Positions 19,763 through 29,288 of a DNA stretch of 64,000 nt are shown here, one piece after another. The DNA is from Dehalococcoidia bacterium (GTDB lineage: Bacteria; Chloroflexota; Dehalococcoidia; Dehalococcoidales; BS750m-G39): the NCBI GenBank assembly GCA_050123275.1, contig JASFHK010000004.1, forward strand, positions 25,577 through 89,576. The letters run 5' to 3'. The notes beneath the pieces are model-generated. The model was not told the origin of the DNA. It ran no database searches and saw nothing but the letters and a program-made list of their open reading frames with translations. Made by a program: the position numbers and the translations under genes. Every line of letters starts with the position of its first letter. Position 1 is the stretch's first letter.

Positions 19763-20416
19763 TTATTGTCCGCTCATTTTGCTCTTAATCCTGGCCCAGA
19801 GGCTGGCGAAATGAATGAAGGGATTGGTACGGCTCCCGGAAATTTTACCTTGTTTAAGGGATTCGAGGAAGTCATCTTTGCCCTCGAAGTCGGGCATTTC
19901 GATATAGGCGTTGCCGATTTCACGTGGGCTGTGGGCGTCGCTGCCGGCGCTGCGCACCAGCCCGTGCTCGGCGGCGAAGGCCTCGGCTTTTCTGGAGTCC
20001 CTTTTCAGGACGGCGCGGGAGTTGAACACCTCCATGATATCAATCTGGTCGACGATTTTGTCGATGACATCGCTTTTCAACGCCGAGTGGCGGAAGCTGT
20101 CGAAGGGGTGGGGGATACAGACCAGCCCGTTCTGCGCCCTGATGCGGGCGAGGGTCTCCTCAACGGAAAGCCCGCTGGGTATGGTTTCTTCGAGGAACAT
20201 GCCCATAATCTCGCCGTAGGTGGTTAAGACCTCCTCGGCCACGATTACCTTGAAGGGCGCCATCTCCTTGAGCTTCAGAGCCCCCTCGGCGGTGCCGTGG
20301 TCGCAGAGGGCGATGCAGTTCACGCCTATTTCCTGGCAGCGCTCGATTATTCTTTCCAGCGGCGTGTCGCAATCTATTGAGTACTGGCTGTGCAGGTGAA
20401 GGTCGGCTTTAAGCAA
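19763..20416 (-). CDS. PHP-domain metal-dependent phosphoesterase
   Basis: N-terminal ADLHLHSQYS, CDHGT, and C-terminal AGSDAHS, the typical PHP His/Asp ligand set. Confidence 0.8.
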   Translation of the reverse strand: MLKADLHLHSQYSIDCDTPLERIIERCQEIGVNCIALCDHGTAEGALKLKEMAPFKVIVAEEVLTTYGEIMGMFLEETIPSGLSVEETLARIRAQNGLVCIPHPFDSFRHSALKSDVIDKIVDQIDIMEVFNSRAVLKRDSRKAEAFAAEHGLVRSAGSDAHSPREIGNAYIEMPDFEGKDDFLESLKQGKISGSRTNPFIHFASLWARIKSKMSGQ

Positions 20417-20422
20417 TTTCGT

Positions 20423-20983
20423 TTAACTAACCCTTTCCAGGTATTGTCCGGTGCGGGTGTCGACCTTGATGATATCGCCGTTGTTGATGAAGAGGGGCAC
20501 CTGGATGGTGATGCCCGTTTCCAGCTTGGCCGGCTTGTTGCCGGCGGTGGCGGTGTCGCCCTTGAAGCCGGGGCCCGTCTCCGTCACCTCCAGCTCGACG
20601 GTGATGGGCATCTCCACGCCGATGAGCTGGCCCTGGTAGCTGGTTATCTCCACCGAGTTGTTCTCCTTGAGGTAATCGAGGGCGTCGCCCAGCTGCTCGG
20701 AGGATATCGGTATCTGCTCGAAGGTCTTCTCGTCCATAAAGTAATAGGCGTCACCGTCGTTATAGAGATACTGCATGGCACGCGAGTCCAGCCGCGCCTG
20801 CTTGAACTTTTCGCTGGCCTGGAAGGTGCGCTCGATGGTGTGGCCGCCGCGGATATCACGCAGCTTCATTTTGATGATGGCGCCGCCGCGCCCTATCTTA
20901 ATGTGCTGGTAGGATATTACCTGGTAAAGCTTGTCCTCCAGCTCGAGGGTAATGCCTCTTTTCAGTTCGCCTGCGTCAATCAT
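20423..20983 (-). CDS. efp: Elongation factor P (Arg at the beta3-beta4 loop tip)
   Basis: 186 aa, aligns over its full length to EF-P. The loop reads HIKIGRGGAIIKMKL where E. coli has FVKPGKGQAFARVKL. Confidence 0.95.
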   Translation of the reverse strand: MIDAGELKRGITLELEDKLYQVISYQHIKIGRGGAIIKMKLRDIRGGHTIERTFQASEKFKQARLDSRAMQYLYNDGDAYYFMDEKTFEQIPISSEQLGDALDYLKENNSVEITSYQGQLIGVEMPITVELEVTETGPGFKGDTATAGNKPAKLETGITIQVPLFINNGDIIKVDTRTGQYLERVS

Positions 20984-21001
20984 GTTTCAACTCCAAAGTT
21001 T

Positions 21002-22069
21002 CTAGTAGTCCGCCTGTGAGATTTCTTTCGGTTTGCCCCCCGCCATTACCGCCATATCCTCGATTCTGACGCCTCCCCACCCCTCGATATAAATGCCGGG
21101 CTCGATGGTGAGGACCATGCTCTCGGCCAGTATATCCTTCGAGCCAGGGCCCAGGCGGGGTAGCTCGTGGGGGGCCAGTCCCACCCCGTGTCCCAGGCCG
21201 TGCCCGAAATTATCTCCGTAGCCGCCTTCTTCGATGACGGTGCGGGCAATACGGTCGGAGTCGCCGCCGTTCATGCCCTCTCTGGTTATCGCCATCGCCG
21301 CGTTGTGGGCGCCGAGGACGGTATCGTACACTTTTTTAAAGGTCTCGTCGGGAGTCCCCAGGCAAAAGGTGCGGCTCAAATCGCTGCCGTAGCCGTCCAC
21401 CCTGGCGCCGATGTCAATCACCACTGGCTCGGATTCCTTAATCACCCGCTCCGAGGGTTGGGCGTGGGGCAGGGCGGCGTTGGGCCCCGACCCGACGATA
21501 ACCTCGAAGGGTAGCGCCTGGCTGCCCGCCTCCCGCATGAATTTCTCAATCTCCCAGGCGGCTTCCAGCTCCGTCATGCCGGCGCATAGCTTCTTCCTGA
21601 TATGGTTCATGGCGGCGTCGGCAATCTCGGCGGCGCGGGTCATCAGCTCGATTTCCCCGGGTTCCTTGAGCGCCCGCAGCCCCTCCACGATGCCGTTGAC
21701 GGGGACGAGCTTGAGCCCGGATTTGCCTCTATTTAGTATATCACATAAGCGCTGGTATTGAGCAAAGGCGGTATGCTCCGTCTCGAAGCCAAGCCGCTTA
21801 ATGCCCAACTCGCTGATAACTTCGGGTAGCCAGCGGCTCGTATCGCCGCCGATGGTGACCAGTTTGTAGTCGGGGGCCTGGTTCCGGGCCTGGACGGTGT
21901 AGCGGGAATCGGTGGCGATAATGCACTCCTTAGCCGTAATGAACAGAAAGCCCGCCGAGCCGCTAAAGCCGGAGAGGTAGCGGCGGTTTTCCGGCTGGGA
22001 GACGAAAATGCCTTCGATATCGTTCTTGCCCAGCTCGCCGATTAGCTTTGCTATTCTATCCTTTATCAT
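21002..22069 (-). CDS. M24-family Xaa-Pro aminopeptidase/dipeptidase
   Basis: Creatinase-like N-terminal domain. Metal-ligand contexts VIDIGARVDGYGSDLSRT, HGLGHGVGL, EPGIY and RIED. Confidence 0.88.
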   Translation of the reverse strand: MIKDRIAKLIGELGKNDIEGIFVSQPENRRYLSGFSGSAGFLFITAKECIIATDSRYTVQARNQAPDYKLVTIGGDTSRWLPEVISELGIKRLGFETEHTAFAQYQRLCDILNRGKSGLKLVPVNGIVEGLRALKEPGEIELMTRAAEIADAAMNHIRKKLCAGMTELEAAWEIEKFMREAGSQALPFEVIVGSGPNAALPHAQPSERVIKESEPVVIDIGARVDGYGSDLSRTFCLGTPDETFKKVYDTVLGAHNAAMAITREGMNGGDSDRIARTVIEEGGYGDNFGHGLGHGVGLAPHELPRLGPGSKDILAESMVLTIEPGIYIEGWGGVRIEDMAVMAGGKPKEISQADY

Positions 22070-22967
22070 CGGCCTTCTCTTTAGCCAGCGGGTGCGCCGC
22101 CAGATAGACTTTCCTGGCCTGCTTCTTGGTGACGTGGGTGTAAATCTGGGTGGAGGAGAGCCGCGCGTGCCCCAAAAGCTCCTGGACGACGCGCAGGTCG
22201 GCGCCGCCGTCGAGCATGTGGGTGGCGAAGGTGTGGCGCAGCATGTGGGGGTGCACCCGTTTCTTCAGTCCCGCCTTGAGGGTATAATGCTCCAGCATCT
22301 TTTGCACGCTTCTTTCCGGGAAGCGCTGGCCGTAGCGGCTGAGGAAGATGGCGTTGCTCTTTTTCTTGCCGATGAGCTTGGGGCGGCCTTCTTCCAGGTA
22401 GCTGCGCAGCGCCAGCGCCGCCGGCTCGCCCATGAGCACCACCCTTTCCTTGGAGCCCTTGCCCCAGACGCGGATTTCGTTGGTATCCAGGTTGATTTGT
22501 CCCAGCTCCAGACTGGCCAGCTCACTGACCCTTAAGCCCGAGGCGTAGAGCAACTCCAAAAGGGCGCGGTCACGCAGGCCCTGGGGGGTGCTGGTGTCGG
22601 GGGTTTCGAGCAGCTTTTTGACCTCGTCCAGCGTCAGGAACGAGGGCAGGCGCTTGTCGAGCTTGGGTGAGGAGACGGACTTGATGGGGTTGGCTTCGAT
22701 AATCTTTTCACGCACTAAGTAGCGGTAAAAGGAGCGTATCGCCGAGAGCTTGCGGGCGATGCTGCCCTTGGCGATGCCTTTGCCGACCAGATGTCCCAGG
22801 TAGTCGCGCAAAACCTTTCTATCCACCTTGTCGAGGGTGGGTACCTTTTTCTCCTTGAGGAAGTAGAAGAAGTCGAGGAGGTCGGCGGTGTAGTTGCGCA
22901 CGGTGTAGGCGGAGGCGTTTTTTTCGGCCTCGAGGTGGTTGATGTATCTGTTAAAGATTTCCTGCAT
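22056..22967 (-). CDS. Tyrosine recombinase XerC/XerD
   Basis: SAM-like N-terminal domain and the catalytic residues ASGLRVSEL, HMLRHTFATHML and LGHARLSSTQIYTH. Confidence 0.9.
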   Translation of the reverse strand: MQEIFNRYINHLEAEKNASAYTVRNYTADLLDFFYFLKEKKVPTLDKVDRKVLRDYLGHLVGKGIAKGSIARKLSAIRSFYRYLVREKIIEANPIKSVSSPKLDKRLPSFLTLDEVKKLLETPDTSTPQGLRDRALLELLYASGLRVSELASLELGQINLDTNEIRVWGKGSKERVVLMGEPAALALRSYLEEGRPKLIGKKKSNAIFLSRYGQRFPERSVQKMLEHYTLKAGLKKRVHPHMLRHTFATHMLDGGADLRVVQELLGHARLSSTQIYTHVTKKQARKVYLAAHPLAKEKADDKG

Positions 22968-22990
22968 GGTTTAGGCTCTTAATATTCTTT

Positions 22991-23090
22991 TTCCCTCCAC
23001 CCGGCCCCACTCTGTCAGCCAACGTGTTTTCTTCCCACCCAATACCCGCCCTACAGAGGTGTTACCTCTATAGATTTCTCTCTCCACCCC
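22991..23090 (+). repeat. Dispersed intergenic repeat R1, copy C (subfamily 2)
   Basis: Shares ccccactctgtcagccaacgtgttttcttcccaccca..cccgccct with the other copies. The 3' module is tacAGAGGTgttACCTCTata, as at 51570-51592. Confidence 0.85.
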
Positions 23091-23091
23091 A

Positions 23092-25335
23092 CTAATTCGC
23101 TTTCTTCTTCGCCCTCGTCGTTGTCTTCTTCTTAACGGTCTTTTTTGCCGTAGTCGTTTTCTTGGCCGTAGTCTTCCGGGTCGTGCGTTTGGCCTTCGGC
23201 TTCGGTGTGGCTTTGGTCTCCACTATTTCAGCTTCGCCTTCGCCGCCGCCGATTTTGCCCTTGAAGGCGCACTTGGTGCACTTGGCCAGCTTGCCGCGAT
23301 AAACGGTGAGCAGCCCGCCGCACTGGGGGCAGGGTTGGGGGATGGGCTTGAGGTTAACGGCGAAGGTGCATTCGGGGTAGTTGCTGCAGCCGTAGAAGGT
23401 GCGCTTTTTCTTGCTTTTCTTCTGCACGATGTCGCCGCCGCACTCGGGGCACTTGACGCCGACCTTGACCTGGAAGGACTTGGTGAATTTGCACTCGGGG
23501 TAGCCGCTACAGGCGAGGAACTTGCCGAAGCGCCCGAATTTGACCACCATAGGCCGCCCGCACTTGGGGCAGACCTCGTCGGTGCTTTCCTCCACCGTCA
23601 CCTTTTCCATCTTCTCGGCGGCGCTGGTCAGGCTCTTCTCGAAGGGAGAGTAAAACTCCGCGATAACGGCCACCCAGTTCTTGTCCTCGTTAGCCACCTT
23701 GTCCAGCTCGTCCTCCATGTAGGCGGTGAAGTTGATGTCGAGGATGCCGGGGAAGTGCTTGGCGAGCAGGTCGTTGACGACAAAGCCGAGCTCGGTGGGC
23801 TTAAAGCGCCCCTCGTCCTTGGTGACGTATTCTCTATCCTGAATGGTGGAAAGAATCGGGGCGTAGGTGCTGGGCCGCCCGATGCCCCACTGCTCCAGCA
23901 TTTTAATCAGCGTCGCCTCGGTGAAGCGCGGCGGCGGCTTGGTGAAGTGCTGCTCTGGGAAAAGCTCGATCAGTTTCAGCTTGTCGCCCTTGGCCAGCGC
24001 GGGCAGCTTGGTGCTTGCCTCGTCCTCGGCTTCATCCTTGCTCTCGGTGTACAAGGCCATGAAGCCGGGGAAGGTGTTTACCGAGCTGGTCGCCCGCAGC
24101 AGATAGGTGTTGTCGGAAAGCGTGTGACGGGCCTGGATATCGACCGTGGTGTTATCGAAAGTGGCCGCCGCCATCTGGCTGGCAACCATCCTCTTCCAGA
24201 TGAGCTGGTAGAGCTTGAACTGGGCGTTGCTCAAATAGGGCTTGATTTTTTCCGGCTCGCGGTGGATGCGGGTGGGGCGGATGGCTTCGTGCGCCTCCTG
24301 CGCCCCCTTGACGGCGCGGGTGAAGGCGCGGGCTTTGGCGGGCAGGTAGTTTTCGCCGTACTTGGCGGAGATGAACTCCCGCGTTTCGGCGACGGCCGAG
24401 CGCGCCACGCGCGTCGAGTCGGTACGCATGTAGGTGATAAGACCCACCGTACCCTCTTTGCCGATGGGCAGACCTTCGTAAAGCTCCTGGGCGACGCTCA
24501 TCGTCATCTTGGCCGAGAAGTGCAGCTTGCGCCAGGCTTCCTGTTGCATGGTGCTGGTGATGAAGGGTGGGGCGGGCTGGCGGGTGGCTTTCTTGGTGCC
24601 TACCTTGAAGACCTTGTAGCCGGCCTTTTCCAGTTGCTCCTGCAGCCTGGTGGCCTCCTCCTCGTTTTTAATCTCCAGCTTGGTGCCGTCGGCGAGCCCG
24701 ATGAGCATTGCCCGGAAGGTCTTTTTACCAGCCGCCTTGGCCAGCTCGGCCTCGATAGACCAGTATTCCTCGGGGACGAATTTCTCGATTTCGCGCTCGC
24801 GGTCGACGACGATTTTTACCGCCACCGACTGCACCCGGCCCGCCGATAAACCCCGCCTCACCTTCTGCCAGAGCAAGGGGCTGATTTTGTAGCCGACCAG
24901 CCGGTCCAAAATGCGCCGCGCCTGCTGGGCGTTGACCAGCTGCATGTTGATGTCGTGCGGTTGCTCGAAGGCGCGCTGGATGGCTTCCTTGGTGATTTCG
25001 TGGAAGACGACGCGGCGGTAGGGAATCTTATTGCTCTTGGTCACCTCCTGCAGATGCCAGGAGATAGCCTCCCCCTCGCGGTCGGGGTCGGTGGCCAGGT
25101 AAACGGCGGAAGCCGTCTTGGCCGCTTTTTTGAGCTCGTTGACCACCTTGGTCTTGGCGCGGGGGATGACGTATTTGGGGGCAAAGTCCGCCTCGGGGTC
25201 CACCCCCAGCTGGCTCTTGGGCAGGTCGCGGACGTGCCCCATGGATGCCTTGAGGCTGTAGCTGCTGCCCAGCAGCTTGCTCAGTGTTCGCGCCTTGGCC
25301 GGCGACTCAACAATAACCAGTTTCTTACTTGACAT
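23092..25335 (-). CDS. topA: DNA topoisomerase I with three C-terminal Zn ribbons and a Lys/Thr-rich tail
   Basis: TOPRIM LVIVESPAKA and the active-site region ITYMRTDS. CPKCG../CPECG../CPQCG.. ribbons, then the tail KAKRTTRKTTAKKTTTAKKTVKKKTTTRAKKKAN. Confidence 0.95.
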   Translation of the reverse strand: MSSKKLVIVESPAKARTLSKLLGSSYSLKASMGHVRDLPKSQLGVDPEADFAPKYVIPRAKTKVVNELKKAAKTASAVYLATDPDREGEAISWHLQEVTKSNKIPYRRVVFHEITKEAIQRAFEQPHDINMQLVNAQQARRILDRLVGYKISPLLWQKVRRGLSAGRVQSVAVKIVVDREREIEKFVPEEYWSIEAELAKAAGKKTFRAMLIGLADGTKLEIKNEEEATRLQEQLEKAGYKVFKVGTKKATRQPAPPFITSTMQQEAWRKLHFSAKMTMSVAQELYEGLPIGKEGTVGLITYMRTDSTRVARSAVAETREFISAKYGENYLPAKARAFTRAVKGAQEAHEAIRPTRIHREPEKIKPYLSNAQFKLYQLIWKRMVASQMAAATFDNTTVDIQARHTLSDNTYLLRATSSVNTFPGFMALYTESKDEAEDEASTKLPALAKGDKLKLIELFPEQHFTKPPPRFTEATLIKMLEQWGIGRPSTYAPILSTIQDREYVTKDEGRFKPTELGFVVNDLLAKHFPGILDINFTAYMEDELDKVANEDKNWVAVIAEFYSPFEKSLTSAAEKMEKVTVEESTDEVCPKCGRPMVVKFGRFGKFLACSGYPECKFTKSFQVKVGVKCPECGGDIVQKKSKKKRTFYGCSNYPECTFAVNLKPIPQPCPQCGGLLTVYRGKLAKCTKCAFKGKIGGGEGEAEIVETKATPKPKAKRTTRKTTAKKTTTAKKTVKKKTTTRAKKKAN

Positions 25336-25338
25336 AAA

Positions 25339-26460
25339 TCAATCTACCTTTACTTTATAGACCTCTCTCACTTCCCGCGAGAGGATATAGTTCATCGTGC
25401 CCACCTGCCGCACCATCCCTTTCAGTTCCATCATCGCCAGCGTGCTGCTCACGGTGGCGATGGGCAGGCCGCTGCCGCGGCAGACCTCGTCGATGTGGGC
25501 CGGCTCGGCGCTCAACTGCTTGAGCAGCAATGTCTCGGTGTCGGAGGCGGGGATAGTCTCCTTGAGCTCCATCTGGTGCGCCACCGCCCTTAAATTAAGC
25601 TCTTCCAAAATGTCGGTGTAATCGCGCACCAGCTTGGCGCCGTCCTGGATGAGGCGGTTGGTCTCGCGGCTGCTCAGGGAAAAGATACTGCCCGGCACGG
25701 CGAAGACCTCCCGGTTTTGCTCCATAGCCCTTTCCGCCGTAATCAGGGCGCCGCTGCCCTCGCCGGCCTCGACCACCAGTACTCCCAGGCTCAAGCCGCT
25801 CATAATCCGGTTGCGCAGTGGGAAGTTCTCCCGCCTCGGCTCGGCGCCTAGGGGAAACTCGCTGATAAGCGCCCCGTTTTCGGCGACGCTCTGCGCCAGC
25901 GAGGCGTTCTCGGCGGGGTAGATAACGTCCAGACCGCAGCCGAAGACGGCAATCGTTCTTCCGCCCGCGTCCAAGGCGCTGCGGTGGGCGATGGAATCAA
26001 TGCCCCGGGCCAGGCCGCTGACGATGGTGATTTTATTGCGCGCCAGGTCGGCGACAATCTCCTCGGTGGTCTGGCGGCCGTAGACGGTGGTCTTGCGGGT
26101 GCCCACCACCGCCAGGCACCATTCGTCCTGGGGGAGCAGGGAACCCTTGACATAAAGTATGGGCGGATAGTCGTAAATCTCCTTGAGGCGGGTGGGGTAG
26201 CCCTCGTCGTTAAAGGTGAAGGCGGTTACCCCGTGGCGTTCCAACTTTTCCATCTCGGCGTCGAGAGAGATTTTGGGGCGCCAGTCGGCGACGGTCCTGG
26301 CCGAGCCTTTGTCCAAGCCGGCGCTAACGAGTTCGGCGGGGTCGGCACGCCAGGCGGCTGCCATGGTCTCGAAGTGATTGGCCAGGCGGGAAAGCTTGAC
26401 CCGTCCGATGCGGGGGATGAGGCTGAAGCCGACCCAGTATTTGAGGTCTTTGTCGTCCAT
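25339..26460 (-). CDS. dprA: DNA-processing protein DprA (Smf)
   Basis: Rossmann-like core VVGTRKTTVYG..IVSGLARGIDS.AH and a C-terminal winged-helix. The likely start is MDDKDLKYW at 26460. Confidence 0.9.
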   Translation of the reverse strand: MDDKDLKYWVGFSLIPRIGRVKLSRLANHFETMAAAWRADPAELVSAGLDKGSARTVADWRPKISLDAEMEKLERHGVTAFTFNDEGYPTRLKEIYDYPPILYVKGSLLPQDEWCLAVVGTRKTTVYGRQTTEEIVADLARNKITIVSGLARGIDSIAHRSALDAGGRTIAVFGCGLDVIYPAENASLAQSVAENGALISEFPLGAEPRRENFPLRNRIMSGLSLGVLVVEAGEGSGALITAERAMEQNREVFAVPGSIFSLSSRETNRLIQDGAKLVRDYTDILEELNLRAVAHQMELKETIPASDTETLLLKQLSAEPAHIDEVCRGSGLPIATVSSTLAMMELKGMVRQVGTMNYILSREVREVYKVKVD

Positions 26461-26499
26461 TTTCAAGGCAATTCTAACACAGGGGTAAAGCAGTGGCAA

Positions 26500-26529
26500 T
26501 TGAGCCTTTTGGTCGTTTTGGACTATAAT
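26500..26529 (+). promoter_or_regulatory. Sigma-70-type promoter candidate
   Basis: TTGAGC (26500-26505), 18-nt spacer, TATAAT (26524-26529), upstream of the 26561 ATG. RBS ggagg at about 26542. Confidence 0.4.
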
Positions 26530-26560
26530 CAGTTATGGAATGGAGGATTGATAAAGAGAA

Positions 26561-29272
26561 ATGATTCCCGAAGAAGAGAGAAACTACCCCGCCCACTATG
26601 AGACCGAAGTTGTTCTGAAAGACGGCTCCAGGATTTTGCTCCGTCCCATAAAGACCGACGACACCGAGCGCTGGCTGGCTTTTATCCAGCAGCTCAGCGA
26701 CCGTACCAAATACCTGCGTTTCCACCACGTGCCCGAGGCGATGAATATCGACGACGCCATCCGTTATTGCACGGTGGACTATGTCGATACCTTCGCCTTC
26801 GTCGCCGAGGTTATCCGGGAACGGCAGAAGGACATCGTCGCCATCGGGCGCTACTACCGCCTGCCCGATAAGCAATCGGCCGAGGTGGCCTTCGTTATCG
26901 ACGATATCTATCAGGGCAAGGGCATCGGCACCAAGCTCATGGAATGGCTGGCTAACGTCGCCCGCGAGAACGACATCACTACCTTCAAGGCCGGGGTTCT
27001 GGCCGAGAACGACCAGATGATGGAAGTCTTTTTGGACTACGGCTTTCACATTACCAGCGACCTTAGCGAAGGCGAATACTACATAAGCTTCCCTATCGCC
27101 CGCACCAAGCGGGTGGCCAGGAAAGAGGAGGAGCGAGAGCTGATATCGACTATGGCCTCGCTGCGCTCCGTGCTGGCCCCGCGCTCGGTGGCGGTGATCG
27201 GCGCTTCCCGTAACGAAGGCACGCTGGGGAAGCTCGTTCTCCAGTCGCTGTTAAAAGGGCGCTTTTCGGGCGTGGTCTATCCGGTTAACCCCAACACCGA
27301 CGTCATCATGTCCATCAAGACCTATCCTTCCGTGCTCGACATACCCGGGCCCGTCGATTTGGCCGTTATCCTGGTGCCGGCGCCGCTGGTGGCCAGGGTA
27401 ACCGACGAGTGCGGGCGCAAGGGAGTGCGCGCCGTCATCGTTATCTCCGACGGCTTCAAGGAGAGGGGCGAGGAAGGGGCGGCCCGGGAAAGGGAGCTGC
27501 GCGATATCGCCCTGGGGCACGGCATGAGAGTGGTGGGCCCCAACTGCATGGGGGTGATTAACACCGACCCCGCCGTCAATATGAACGCCACCTTCTCGCG
27601 CATCTATCCGCCGCAGGGGAACGTCGCCTTCCTTTCCCAGAGCGGCGCCATGGGGCTGGTCATCCTGGAGTATGCCGGCAACGTCAACATGGGCATCTCC
27701 ACCTTCGTCAGCGTCGGCAACCGCGTCGATATCTCGGCCAACGATCTTTTGCAATACTGGGGGCAGGACCCGGCGACCAAGGTCATCCTGCTTTACCTGG
27801 AATCTTTCGGCAGCCCGCGCCGCTTCAGCCGCCTGGCCCGCAAGGTGTCGGCCACCAAGCCGATACTGGCTGTCAAGAGCGGCAGCACGCCCGCCGGTTC
27901 CAGGGCGGCGATGTCCCACACCGGGGCGCTGGCTACCCCCGAGATAGTCTCCGACGCCCTCTTCCGCGAGGCGGGAATCATCCGGGTGCACTCGGTATCC
28001 GAGCTTTTCGACGTGGCCACCCTGCTCTCTAACCAGCCGGCGCCCAAGGGCAGGAGGCTGGCCATCGTCACCAGCGGCGGCGGGCCGGGCATAATCGCCG
28101 CCGACTCTTGCCTGCAGCACGGGCTGGAGTTGCCCGATCTTTCTAAAGAAACGGTAGAGACGTTAAAGCCGCTGGTCAGGCCGGGTATACCCCTGCATAA
28201 CCCCATCGACCTGACGGCGGGCGCCGACTCCCAGGATTTCGAAAACGTGCTCAAGGTGCTGGCCCAGGACAAGGGCTTCGACGCTGTGTTGACCATATTT
28301 ATCCCGCCCACCATAGTCGAGCCGGAGGCTACCGAGAACGCCATAAGGCAGGTGATTCCGACCTATCACCGCCACCGCAAGACGCTGGTGTCCTGTTTCA
28401 TGGGGCAGCGGGGCGTGCGGGGTAAGCTGGGCGTCAGGGGGCGCTTCGTGCCCTCCTACCGTTTCCCCGACGATGCCATCTCGGCGCTGGCCAAGGCGGT
28501 CGAGTACGAGGAATTGAGGCGGAAGCCGAAGGGTAAAGTGCCCGCTTTCAAGGGGATTAAGCGGGAGCGGGCGCATCAGTTGGTGGAGAAAGTGCTCACG
28601 GGCAGCACCACCCGCCCATTGTGGCTCTCGCCGGAGCAGATAACGGAACTGCTCGGCTGCTACGGCATACGCACCACCCAAACCCTGACGGCGGCTGGCG
28701 CCGATGAAGCCGCGGAGATGGCGGCCAAGCTGGGCTTCCCGGTGGTGGTCAAGCTCAACTCGCCGACGATATCGCACAAGACCGATGTCGGCGGGGTTAT
28801 CCTGGACCTGAAATCTAAAGCCGACGTCAAAAAGGCTTTCCATACTATCGAGGAGAGCCTGGAAAAGATAGGCCGCCGTAAGGAAATGACCGGGGTCACC
28901 GTCCAGCCCATGATAGGCAGCGGTGTGGAGGCCCTCATCGGTATCACCCAGGACCCGAACTTCGGGCCTTTGATAATGTTCGGGCTGGGCGGGATATACG
29001 CCGAGCTGTTCAAGGACGTGGCTCTCAAGTTGCACCCGCTTACCGACGTGGACGCCAGGGAGCTGGTCGGCTCGATTAAGACGGCCAAGGTGCTTCAGGG
29101 TTACCGCGGCGCGCCCTCCAGCGACACCAAGGCTCTGGAGGAGCTTTTGCTCAGGGTTTCGGCCATGGTCGAGGATATACCCCAGATTGCCGAGCTCGAC
29201 CTGAACCCGGTCAAGGTGATGCCGCAGGGCGAGGGCTACTGGGTGGTGGACGCCCGCGTTACCGTCAAATAG
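26561..29272 (+). CDS. GNAT acetyltransferase fused N-terminally to an ADP-forming acyl-CoA synthetase-like protein (CoA-binding + ATP-grasp)
   Basis: The first about 170 aa are GNAT (QGKGIGTKLMEWL). These are followed by CoA-binding SVAVIGASRN, the SCS-like region with SHTGA, and a C-terminal ATP-grasp (FPVVVKLNSPTISHKTDVGGV). Confidence 0.85.
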   Translation: MIPEEERNYPAHYETEVVLKDGSRILLRPIKTDDTERWLAFIQQLSDRTKYLRFHHVPEAMNIDDAIRYCTVDYVDTFAFVAEVIRERQKDIVAIGRYYRLPDKQSAEVAFVIDDIYQGKGIGTKLMEWLANVARENDITTFKAGVLAENDQMMEVFLDYGFHITSDLSEGEYYISFPIARTKRVARKEEERELISTMASLRSVLAPRSVAVIGASRNEGTLGKLVLQSLLKGRFSGVVYPVNPNTDVIMSIKTYPSVLDIPGPVDLAVILVPAPLVARVTDECGRKGVRAVIVISDGFKERGEEGAARERELRDIALGHGMRVVGPNCMGVINTDPAVNMNATFSRIYPPQGNVAFLSQSGAMGLVILEYAGNVNMGISTFVSVGNRVDISANDLLQYWGQDPATKVILLYLESFGSPRRFSRLARKVSATKPILAVKSGSTPAGSRAAMSHTGALATPEIVSDALFREAGIIRVHSVSELFDVATLLSNQPAPKGRRLAIVTSGGGPGIIAADSCLQHGLELPDLSKETVETLKPLVRPGIPLHNPIDLTAGADSQDFENVLKVLAQDKGFDAVLTIFIPPTIVEPEATENAIRQVIPTYHRHRKTLVSCFMGQRGVRGKLGVRGRFVPSYRFPDDAISALAKAVEYEELRRKPKGKVPAFKGIKRERAHQLVEKVLTGSTTRPLWLSPEQITELLGCYGIRTTQTLTAAGADEAAEMAAKLGFPVVVKLNSPTISHKTDVGGVILDLKSKADVKKAFHTIEESLEKIGRRKEMTGVTVQPMIGSGVEALIGITQDPNFGPLIMFGLGGIYAELFKDVALKLHPLTDVDARELVGSIKTAKVLQGYRGAPSSDTKALEELLLRVSAMVEDIPQIAELDLNPVKVMPQGEGYWVVDARVTVK

Positions 29273-29288
29273 ATTTCGGACGGGCGCG

